This document shows, one piece after another, positions 1 to 7,561 of a DNA stretch of 64,000 nucleotides. The notes beneath the pieces are model-generated. The model saw only the letters and a list, made by a program, of their open reading frames with translations, did not search any database and was not told the origin of the DNA. Made by a program: the position numbers and the translations under genes. The stretch comes from Gemmatimonadales bacterium (GTDB lineage: Bacteria; Gemmatimonadota; Gemmatimonadetes; Gemmatimonadales; GWC2-71-9). The stretch is from NCBI GenBank assembly GCA_036556625.1, contig DATBJC010000089.1, forward strand, positions 22,024 to 86,023. Reading direction: 5' to 3'. Each line of letters opens with the position of its first letter. The stretch's first letter is position 1.

Positions 1-1761
1 GGAGAGAGTCTGATTGGGAAGCTTCATGCCGAGACCGTTGCCGCCGCCGCGGTCGTAGAACTCCACAACCTCTTCGAGCGTGCGGAAGACGCCGTTGTGC
101 ATGTAGGGTGCCGTCAGCGCTACGTTGCGCACCGTCGGTGTCTTGAAGGCGTGGCGGTGGAGTGGGGCGCGGGTGATCGCGAACACGCCAGGGTCGGGGT
201 CGACCGGGGCTCCCTTCGCGCGGGTCGCCGGCACTCCCAACACCTCGGCTTCGGACTCCAGATAGTGCGGGGGAACACTGCCCCCGAACAGCGGGGCGAA
301 GTGACAGCTGCCGCACGCCGCCTTGCCCATGAATAGGTTGAAGCCCCGGCGCTCGGCCGGCGTGATGGCCGCAGGGTCCCCGCGAATCGCTCGATCGAAT
401 CGGGAGTTCATGGCGTTGAGCGAGCGCACGTAGGCGGCGACCGCGATCGAAAGAGCCTGACCCGTGAGCACCTGGCTCTCGGGCTTCCGGAGCAGGCGGG
501 CAAGACGGGACACCAGGGCGGTGTCGCCGCTCAAGTGCCTCGCGGCGGAGTCCGGATGCAGGGCCATCTCTCTCGGATTGGCCATCACGTCCTCGAACTG
601 AAATTCGAGGAACTGGACCCGCTGGTCCGCGAACTGTCTCCGCTGGAGGCCGGCGTTGAGGAGGGTCGGCGTATTGCGCACCGTGCCGTGTCCCGGCTCC
701 ACAGAAGCGAGTGGACGGCGATCGGTAAACGCGAACTCGGGTTGGTGGCAGGTGGCGCAGGACCTGCGGCCCCCGCTCGACAGCCGGGAATCGAAGAAGA
801 GCTCCCGTCCCAGTGAGACGAGCTCGGGCGTCGCGGGCGGCGCATAGTCGGGGGCGAACCACGCCGCGTCAACCGCACCGGCGGCGTAGATGTCGGTCGC
901 CCCCCGGGCCCACAGATCCGGTTCCTCGCGCTCGGGGATCGCGAGCGAACGTTGGAGCCGGGCGAGTCCCGCGGCAATGGGTCGGGCGAACCGCACGACG
1001 AAGTCGAGTCGGTCGAACCGCTCGAAGTCGGGAGCCGCCTGCAACGCCTCGATGCCCGCCTCGAGCGAACGCTGGAGACCGGCCCACCCGCTGGAGTCCC
1101 GCTCCAGCATCGCGGGTTGGTAGGCGATGCGAAGTCCTTCCTGCACACCGCGCAGCGCTTCAGCCGACTCGGCGATGCCGTCCCCCGACACCGTGGCGTC
1201 GAACCCAGCGAGACCCAGGGTCACCACCCGGGCCAGCTCGTTCCGCGCGGCTTCGAACGGTGCCTGCCATACTCGGCTTGCCCGATAGCTGGAGTCGCTG
1301 CGGATGAACCCCAGCAGCTGGCGCATGCCTTCGACCTCGCGATGGACGACCTCCTGGAAGTCCTTGGCCGGGCGCGGGAACACGGAGGCCTCGATCACCT
1401 GCAGCCCCTGCGGCTCCAGCACGTCCTCGAGGTCATCCTCATTCACCAGCGGAATGTTGGGCGCGTTGAAGCTGAGCGCACGGACCAGCTCCTCGTGCGT
1501 GAGCAGGTACTCCAGTCGCTTGTAGGCGGCACGAGCGCGACGAAAGGCCCGCTGCGCGGCCGCCGAGTCCGTCCGTGGGGGCAACGCCTGCATTGCCTGG
1601 AGCGCCAGATCGAACGAGTCGAGCCGAGCCAGGTACAGCGAGTCGAACCGGGCGGGGAGCACGCGTGCGACCGGGGGGGCACTCGGTCGCTCCCCGCAGC
1701 CGGCGAGCGCCCCGCCGAACAGGGCCAGAGCTAGGGGGAAGTACGCTGCAACGCGGCGCAT
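1..1761 (-). CDS. Lipoprotein with a C-terminal di-haem cytochrome c peroxidase (CCP/MauG family) domain. The C-terminus lies beyond the left window edge.
   Basis: The gene is absent from the ORF track because no stop codon falls inside the window. Hand translation of the minus strand from ATG (1761-1759) gives MRRVAAYFPLALALFGGALAGCGERP, a signal peptide with an LAGC lipobox. About 320 aa of unassigned sequence follow. Then come the in-frame haem motifs CATCH (759-745) and CGSCH (315-301) and the CCP signature FKTPTVRNVALTAPYMHNG. No competing minus-strand ORF is listed in this frame. Confidence 0.8.
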   Translation of the reverse strand, partial: MRRVAAYFPLALALFGGALAGCGERPSAPPVARVLPARFDSLYLARLDSFDLALQAMQALPPRTDSAAAQRAFRRARAAYKRLEYLLTHEELVRALSFNAPNIPLVNEDDLEDVLEPQGLQVIEASVFPRPAKDFQEVVHREVEGMRQLLGFIRSDSSYRASRVWQAPFEAARNELARVVTLGLAGFDATVSGDGIAESAEALRGVQEGLRIAYQPAMLERDSSGWAGLQRSLEAGIEALQAAPDFERFDRLDFVVRFARPIAAGLARLQRSLAIPEREEPDLWARGATDIYAAGAVDAAWFAPDYAPPATPELVSLGRELFFDSRLSSGGRRSCATCHQPEFAFTDRRPLASVEPGHGTVRNTPTLLNAGLQRRQFADQRVQFLEFQFEDVMANPREMALHPDSAARHLSGDTALVSRLARLLRKPESQVLTGQALSIAVAAYVRSLNAMNSRFDRAIRGDPAAITPAERRGFNLFMGKAACGSCHFAPLFGGSVPPHYLESEAEVLGVPATRAKGAPVDPDPGVFAITRAPLHRHAFKTPTVRNVALTAPYMHNGVFRTLEEVVEFYDRGGGNGLGMKLPNQTLS

Positions 1762-2205
1762 GAGCACGCCTTGCTCGCCCGGCCGATCGGCGGGCGTCCT
1801 GAGGTGGGAAGGGGGGAAAACCGGCTGAGAAACTACCCGGGCGCCCCGGCCTAGGCAACACGCCCGAGGGCCTATGGCGCGGGTCTCGCCGAACCCCAAC
1901 ACGCTTGACAAGCCTGTTGCCCCTTATGAGCTTGGATACCGGCGCGAGCACTTACGATGACGAGATGACGCATTCCCTGCGTTCATTCCTCGCGCACCTG
2001 AGCTGCATGCTCTAAAGCTCGGCGAATCGCACACCCCCAATAACAACCAGCACACCGCCGTCACGGGCTGGTCTTTCCCCGTGGCTCGCGTCACGCCAGC
2101 GCGTTCCCCTGGCGCCTGGGGCAGTCCCTCGGCGCCGACCCTTCTGCGTGGCGTGTGAGTGTGCCGCCGGCCCTCATCCCCGCAGGAACGGAGGAGCACC
2201 TTCGC

Positions 2206-3726
2206 ATGATGCACACCTTCCAGCGCTCGCGCCGCCTGGCCCGGTCTGGACCGCGCCGGCTCGCCAGCTCCAAGCATGTCCTGGGGGCCGTCATGACGCT
2301 GTCGGCCGGCGCCTGCTCGAGCGACCGGCTCACCGACAGCCTGGGCCAGATGAGTGAGTCCGATTCGCCCACCGCAGCCGCGACCATACCGCAGCCGCCG
2401 GGCCAGGATGCGGCTCGGGTGGTGCTGTCCTACAGCCAGCTAGTGCTCGGCCCGCCGGGGGCCCGGGCCACGATCGGCGTGCGCGCCTATGGCGACGACG
2501 GCCGGGAGTGGAGCGGGGTCACCATCCGCTGGTGGAAGAGCAGCATCTCGGCCTTCGCGCTCTCGGTGCTCGAATGCGCCACCCCCTGCAGCAGCGTGCT
2601 TTCGACCAGGGCGGTGGGGCAGGGCAAGGTCATCGTGCGCCACTACGGCGGGGTGGCGCGGGACACGATGCCGGTCACGATCACGGCCCAGCCGAACACA
2701 CCGGGCGATCCACCCCCGGACGACCCGCCGCCGGACGACCCGCCGCCGGACGACCCGCCGCCCCCACCGGGTCCGCTGCCCGACGGCTGCCCAACGAACT
2801 ACGACCGGCTGGTCTCGGTCTCGTCCTCGGCGCAACTCGCCTCCGCAGTCCAGTCGGCCGCGCCGGGAGATCTCATCCGGGTCGCCGCCGGGACGTACAC
2901 CAGTCCGCCCGAGCTGACCCGGAGCGGCACCGCGTCGGCACCGGTCGCCATCTGTGGCACCGGGGCGCCGATCCTCAAGCGGCAGTTCCGGGTGCGGGCC
3001 AACTATGTGGTCATCGCGGGGCTCGTCTTCGAGGGACCGATCGACGGGAACACCAACCAGGTGTGGATCCACGAGGCGCACCACGTGACCTTCACCCGGA
3101 ACGAGATCCGGGGGAACGACTACCACGCGGGGCTGAGCGTGGACGAGGCGAACCACATCGTCATCACCTACAACTACATCCACGACAACGGGCGGGATAC
3201 TTCCCACGACCACGGGATCTATTTCAAGACCACCTCGGGTCCGGGCAGCGTCATCTCGAACAACCTGCTGGTGCGCAACGCGGCCCGCGGGCTCTCGCTG
3301 CACGACAACAGCGGGGCAGGGGTCTACGATGTGCTGGTCAGCCACAACACGGTCGTCGGGAACGGCTCCACCGGCATTCTGGTGAACGACGGGGACCGGA
3401 TGACGCTGGCGAACAACATCTCCGCCTTCAACGGCGATAAGACCTCTCAGCGGCAGATCCGGATCCGGGCCGGGAACAACAACCGGGCGTACAACAACCT
3501 GACCTACCATCCCACGAGCAGCCGGGCCGGCATCGAGAATGAGACCGGCAGCGTCCTCTCGGGCAATCGGGTCGGCGATCCGCGGTTCGTGTCACAGCTG
3601 GGCAATCTCCGGCTTCAGACCGGCAGTCCGGCGATCGATCTCGGCCGCTCGGATTACACCGCCGGGTCGGATTACGACGGTCGCGCTCGCGGCGCTGCCC
3701 CCGACGCGGGAGCCTTCGAGCGGTGA
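2206..3726 (+). CDS. Secreted lipoprotein (protein A): Ig-like module X, a (PPPDD)n linker and a right-handed parallel beta-helix (pectate-lyase-fold) domain.
   Basis: Track ORF 2155..3726. The preferred start is ATG 2206, with GGAGGAG 9 nt upstream. The N-terminus MMHTFQRSRRLARSGPRRLASSKHVLGAVMTLSAGAC has a lipobox. Module X lies at about 2410-2688. The beta-helix lies at about 2785-3723 and shows repeated rungs (VTFTRNEIRGN, IVITYNYIHDN, SVISNNLLVRN, VLVSHNTVVGN, MTLANNISAFN). Confidence 0.75.
   Translation: MMHTFQRSRRLARSGPRRLASSKHVLGAVMTLSAGACSSDRLTDSLGQMSESDSPTAAATIPQPPGQDAARVVLSYSQLVLGPPGARATIGVRAYGDDGREWSGVTIRWWKSSISAFALSVLECATPCSSVLSTRAVGQGKVIVRHYGGVARDTMPVTITAQPNTPGDPPPDDPPPDDPPPDDPPPPPGPLPDGCPTNYDRLVSVSSSAQLASAVQSAAPGDLIRVAAGTYTSPPELTRSGTASAPVAICGTGAPILKRQFRVRANYVVIAGLVFEGPIDGNTNQVWIHEAHHVTFTRNEIRGNDYHAGLSVDEANHIVITYNYIHDNGRDTSHDHGIYFKTTSGPGSVISNNLLVRNAARGLSLHDNSGAGVYDVLVSHNTVVGNGSTGILVNDGDRMTLANNISAFNGDKTSQRQIRIRAGNNNRAYNNLTYHPTSSRAGIENETGSVLSGNRVGDPRFVSQLGNLRLQTGSPAIDLGRSDYTAGSDYDGRARGAAPDAGAFER
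2388..2687 (+). repeat. Dispersed 300-bp repeat, copy 1. It encodes Ig-like module X of protein A.
   Basis: It aligns collinearly and without gaps to 8044-8343. Long identical runs include ctcggcccgccgggggcc, atccgctggtggaagagcagc and ggcaaggtcatcgtgcgccactacggcgggg. At protein level 73 of 93 residues are identical by hand count. Confidence 0.8.
2716..2760 (+). repeat. Three perfect tandem copies of the 15-bp unit ccggacgacccgccg, encoding the PDDPP linker.
   Basis: Read directly from the sequence. The units are 2716-2730, 2731-2745 and 2746-2760. Confidence 0.9.
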
Positions 3727-3793
3727 GCCCATAGCCGTTTCTTGGCAACGGGTCACGGGACCCGGGGCTCTCGCGGCCGCGCCGGATTGGTTT

Positions 3794-3840
3794 GTGTAGG
3801 GGTGGCTCCACATTCGTGGAGGCACCCCTACACCTTTTGG
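3794..3840 (+). terminator. Rho-independent terminator downstream of protein A.
   Basis: The stem pairs 3794-3811 (gtgtaggggtggctccac) with 3816-3833 (gtggaggcacccctacac), 17 of 18 pairs. The loop is attc and the tail is cttttgg. Confidence 0.7.
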
Positions 3841-4137
3841 AGACCTCGCGGGCGCCGGTATACCGGTCTAGCCTCAAATCTTCCCACGCGTTAGGAGACG
3901 GCCGCTCAAAATCGAGACAGGTCGAACCGCCCAAGCACATTTATTGCACTCTCAAGGCTGATTAGCACTTCCGACCGCTGTTCACGCAATGCCGAAAGAA
4001 CCAGGTCCATTCGCTTCACCAAAGCGCCGACACAAGTCGCGATGCCGAGGTCGACCGTTCAGGTACGTGACCACGAATTAGCCCGTCAGTGGCCGACTTG
4101 TTGCGGATGGGGCCGTAACGCATGAGGCATTCTTAGT

Positions 4138-7023
4138 ATGCCCCGCCCTCCCAGGTTCCTCCGCGCACTGCATGCCGTCATTGTGGTGACGGGCATCGTC
4201 GCGCTCGCCACCTGCTCCGACCCGACGGCGCCGGGTCCGGCGCTCGAGCGCGTCAGTGAAGGCCCGCCGAAGTTCCTCACCCCCACGGGGCTGGAATCCT
4301 CGATCGCTCCCGTCATGTTCACCGGGGCCGGCGACATCGCGAGCTGCAGCAAGACCGATGACAGCCAGACCGCCGCCCTGCTGGACGCCATACCAGGCCC
4401 GATCTTCGCCCTGGGCGATGTGGTATACGAGAACGGGACCACAAGCGAGTTCAACAATTGCTACGCGCCGACCTGGGGCCGCCATAAGGATCGGACCTGG
4501 CCGTCGGCGGGCAATCACGAGTACAACACTTCCGGCGCGACTCCCTACTACAACTATTTCGGCCAGCGGGCGGGGCCCCCGGGGCTAGGCTACTACAGCT
4601 TCGACCTCGGCGCCTGGCATGTCGTGGTGCTCAACACCAACATTTCGAGAAGCCCCACCTCGCCTCAGGTGCAGTGGCTCCGGCAGGACCTGGCGGATCA
4701 TCCCAACCAATGCACGCTCGCCTACTTTCACCACCCGCTGTACTCCTCGACCGGCGGCTCGGGTAACACTGGTGCCACGTACTCCAGCGTGCGGACTCTC
4801 TACGACACGCTGTATGCCGGCGGCGCGGACCTGGTCCTCGCTGGACATCGGCACTTCTACGAGCGGATGGCCCCCGTCCGACCCAACGGCACGCTGGATC
4901 CTCAGTTCGGCCTGCGGGTGATCATCGTCGGCACGGGAGGCATCGGCGGCGGCACGCTGACCAACCTTCATCCGTCGAGCGAGGTGCGCAACGGCGACAC
5001 GCGCGGGGTCCTTCGGCTCCATCTGTACGAAGACAGCTACGCGTGGAAGTTTGTGCCGGTGGCGGGGAAGACTTTCACCGACTCGAGCTTTACCGCCTGC
5101 CACGGCGCTCCGCAGGGGGGTGGCGGTGGCGGCATCTCGGCGTCCGCTTCGACCGTGACCGCTACGCCGAACACCATCACGGCCAGCAACGGGTCCAGCA
5201 CCGCGACCATCACCGTGACCGTGAAGAACGGCAGTGGGGCGCCGGTGAGCGGCGCGACGGTCGTGCTCTCCGCCACCGGCACTGGCAACACGATCACCCA
5301 GCCCGCCGGGCCGACGGGCGCCAACGGAGTGGCGACAGGTACCCTGCGCTCGACGGTAGCCGGCAGCAAGACCATCACCGCGACGATGTCCGGCACGACC
5401 GCCAACCAACAGCCGGTCGTGACGGTCAACCCCGCTGCCGCCGCCGCGCTCGGCTTCAGCGTCCAGCCCAGCAATGCCAATGTCGGGCAGCCGATCACAC
5501 CCGCAGTGCAGGTCGAAGTGCGCGATCAGTTCGGAAACCGCGTCACCGGCGCGACCAATGATGTCACCGTCAGCCTGGGAACCAATCCGACCGGAGCGAC
5601 GCTGGGCGGCACCAAGACCGTGGCGGCCAGCGCTGGCACCGCCAGCTTCTCCACCCTCACCGTGGACCGGGCAGGCACTGGGTACACCCTGGCCGCTCAG
5701 GCTACCGGCCTGACCAACGCGCCCCCTTCCACCGGATTCAACGTGACAGCGCCGCCACCTCCGGTGTCGGCCACGCTGTCGGATGTTGAGGTGAACCCGG
5801 CTTCCATCGCAGCTGGTGAGTCGTCCACCATCACGGTGACGGTGAAGGACGCACAGGGGGCTGGGTTGAGCGGCGTGACGGTCTCGCTCGCCGCCACCGG
5901 CAGCGGCAACACGCTGGGGCAGCCCGGTCCGACCGACGCATCCGGCGTGACGACCGGGACGCTCTCATCCACGGTCCCGGGAACGAAGACCATCACGGCC
6001 ACAGCAGGAGGAACCACCCTGGCGGACCAGCCGGCCGTGACCGTCAGTGCGGGGCCGCCCAATCCGATTCAGTCCACCGTGACGGCCTCGCCCACTCGGA
6101 TCCTCGCGGACCTGGGCACGTCGACCATCACCGTCAGAGTCCGGGATGCCTACGGGAACCCGGTGAGCGGGGTCGCGGTCGCCTTGGACGCGAATCCGGC
6201 GAGCGGAACCAACCTGACGCAGCCGGGAAACACTGATGCCAATGGTTTGGCTACTGGATCGCTGAGCTCTTCGGTCCCGGGCGACAAGATCGTTTCCGCC
6301 AGCGCAAACGGCACCCCATTGAGCCAGACGGCCACCGTGACCGTGACGAACGAGCAGGTGGCCACGATCTCACACTCGCTCCTGACCGTCGGCGCCGATC
6401 CCGCCAACGTCAAGGTGTACACCACGGCGCCAATCTCGCCCGCGCCCAATACGCTGGTGACCGTGGCCGTCCTCACCCATCGCAGCTCGATGCCGGCACC
6501 CACGGCGGTGGTCACCGGTGGCGGGATGTCGAACTGGACGGAAGTGGCGGCCGTCACCTTCGACCCGGTGGGGGCTCCGATCAAGCGGCTCGCGGTCTTC
6601 CGGGCCATGAGCGCGGCGCCAGGCAGCGGCCCGCTGACGATCACGTTCAACCTCACCGCCTCCCACGCCGAGTGGATCGTGTCGCAGTGGGACGGCGTCG
6701 AGACCAGCGGCGCCAACGGAGTAGACGCCATCGTCCAGGCGGCGACCAACCGAGCCGATGCGAGTGGCGGGCTGAGTGTGCAGCTCAACCCCTTCGAGCA
6801 CCCCAACAATGTGGCGTATGGCCTCTTCGGCGTGAACAGCAAGGTGGCCGCGATCACGCCGGGCGGTGGCTTCACCGAAATCGCCGAGCAGACGTCGACC
6901 GAAAACACGACCGGGACCATTCAGGCCGAATGGGCCACCGACCGGAGCCTTATCAATGCCTCCTGGGTGAATCTGCGCGCGGGCGCGCTCGGCCTGGAGC
7001 TTCGGGCAGACAGCGGTCCCTGA
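4138..7023 (+). CDS. Secreted lipoprotein (protein B): purple-acid-phosphatase-like metallophosphoesterase, four Ig-like domains and unassigned C-terminal domain Z.
   Basis: 961-aa ORF. The N-terminus MPRPPRFLRALHAVIVVTGIVALATC has a lipobox. All five MPE motifs are present at about 4309-5103 (GAGDIASC, GDVVYENG, GNHEY, FHHPLYSS, GHRHFYER). Ig-like repeats of about 95 aa lie at about 5131-6351, three of them Big_1/invasin-like (pattern TITVTVKD..G.P.SG..V.L.A.G). Domain Z, about 220 aa (6358-7020), is shared with the 10896 gene. Confidence 0.8.
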   Translation: MPRPPRFLRALHAVIVVTGIVALATCSDPTAPGPALERVSEGPPKFLTPTGLESSIAPVMFTGAGDIASCSKTDDSQTAALLDAIPGPIFALGDVVYENGTTSEFNNCYAPTWGRHKDRTWPSAGNHEYNTSGATPYYNYFGQRAGPPGLGYYSFDLGAWHVVVLNTNISRSPTSPQVQWLRQDLADHPNQCTLAYFHHPLYSSTGGSGNTGATYSSVRTLYDTLYAGGADLVLAGHRHFYERMAPVRPNGTLDPQFGLRVIIVGTGGIGGGTLTNLHPSSEVRNGDTRGVLRLHLYEDSYAWKFVPVAGKTFTDSSFTACHGAPQGGGGGGISASASTVTATPNTITASNGSSTATITVTVKNGSGAPVSGATVVLSATGTGNTITQPAGPTGANGVATGTLRSTVAGSKTITATMSGTTANQQPVVTVNPAAAAALGFSVQPSNANVGQPITPAVQVEVRDQFGNRVTGATNDVTVSLGTNPTGATLGGTKTVAASAGTASFSTLTVDRAGTGYTLAAQATGLTNAPPSTGFNVTAPPPPVSATLSDVEVNPASIAAGESSTITVTVKDAQGAGLSGVTVSLAATGSGNTLGQPGPTDASGVTTGTLSSTVPGTKTITATAGGTTLADQPAVTVSAGPPNPIQSTVTASPTRILADLGTSTITVRVRDAYGNPVSGVAVALDANPASGTNLTQPGNTDANGLATGSLSSSVPGDKIVSASANGTPLSQTATVTVTNEQVATISHSLLTVGADPANVKVYTTAPISPAPNTLVTVAVLTHRSSMPAPTAVVTGGGMSNWTEVAAVTFDPVGAPIKRLAVFRAMSAAPGSGPLTITFNLTASHAEWIVSQWDGVETSGANGVDAIVQAATNRADASGGLSVQLNPFEHPNNVAYGLFGVNSKVAAITPGGGFTEIAEQTSTENTTGTIQAEWATDRSLINASWVNLRAGALGLELRADSGP

Positions 7024-7055
7024 GTCCGCGGCGAGCTAGCTGGCCGACGAGGCAG

Positions 7056-7090
7056 AGCGGGAGAACGATTGGATCGTTCTCCCGCTTTGT
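7056..7090 (+). terminator. Rho-independent terminator downstream of protein B.
   Basis: A perfect 14-bp stem pairs agcgggagaacgat (7056-7069) with atcgttctcccgct (7073-7086). The loop is tgg and a T-rich tail ttgtcttg follows. Confidence 0.75.
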
Positions 7091-7140
7091 CTTGCGCTCG
7101 CGGACGCAAGGAGTAGCAGCTCTGGGCCGGCGGGCTGTTC

Positions 7141-7300
7141 CGAAGATGAATAGTGTCTAGAAATATTGCAGAAAATTGTTACAATATCCTGCACGCTTCA
7201 CTTCAATATCCCCGTCCGACAACCACTTGCAAGTAACAGCACGGATCAGGAGGCAGCGGATTGTAAAAAAAATGTGGATTGCGCAATCCCTCCGATAAAC
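7141..7300. promoter_or_regulatory. AT-rich, palindrome-dense spacer. It is the probable promoter/operator region for protein C.
   Basis: A hand count gives about 43% G+C over 160 bp (35% in 7141-7200), against GC-rich flanks. It contains ATTGCA (7165-7170), the palindromes ATTGTtACAAT (7175-7185) and CTTGCAAG, an A8 tract (7265-7272), and the perfect 14-bp palindrome GGATTGCGCAATCC (7276-7289). Confidence 0.4.
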
Positions 7301-7561
7301 ATTACCGTGGTCGCCCGGACGGAAGGGAGCGGTGAGGGTAAGTGACGGTTCCGTCCCACCTGTAGTGTCTCACCCGGAACCAATGCTCCCGGTCCCTTCC
7401 AGGCTCCTGCGCTTTCTCCGGCGCGGACTCGCCGGTCCTAACGCGCCTCCGTGAACTCGCCGCCATCGGCACCGGCTCCCGGTGCCCTGCAAGTGGATCG
7501 CCCTCGTGGGGAACTCCTCGTGTCCCCGTCTCTGAAATCAATCTGTTGGAGGGTCACCGGT

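Noticed and set aside
1905-1930. A TTGACA ... TATGAG pair in the divergent spacer that looked like a sigma-70 promoter.
   Set aside because: The spacer is only 14 nt (1911-1924), which is outside the functional 16-18 nt range. There is no supporting evidence.
2440-3510. Antisense and alternative-frame ORFs throughout the phosphoesterase and EPS loci. Examples are 2440..3510(-), 4585..5409(-), 10905..11849(-), 19398..20465(-), 23221..24204(-) and 26883..28496(-).
   Set aside because: The reason is the same: compositional artefacts of GC-rich coding DNA. Each overlaps a sense-strand gene with clear domain signatures, signal peptides and translational coupling.
3841-4137. The lower-GC spacers (3841-4137, 7091-7561, 10531-10895), considered as possible boundaries of a mobile element or genomic island.
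   Set aside because: I found no integrase, transposase, tRNA attachment site, terminal inverted repeats or flanking direct repeats. The spacers are better explained as terminator-plus-promoter regions between independently transcribed paralogues.
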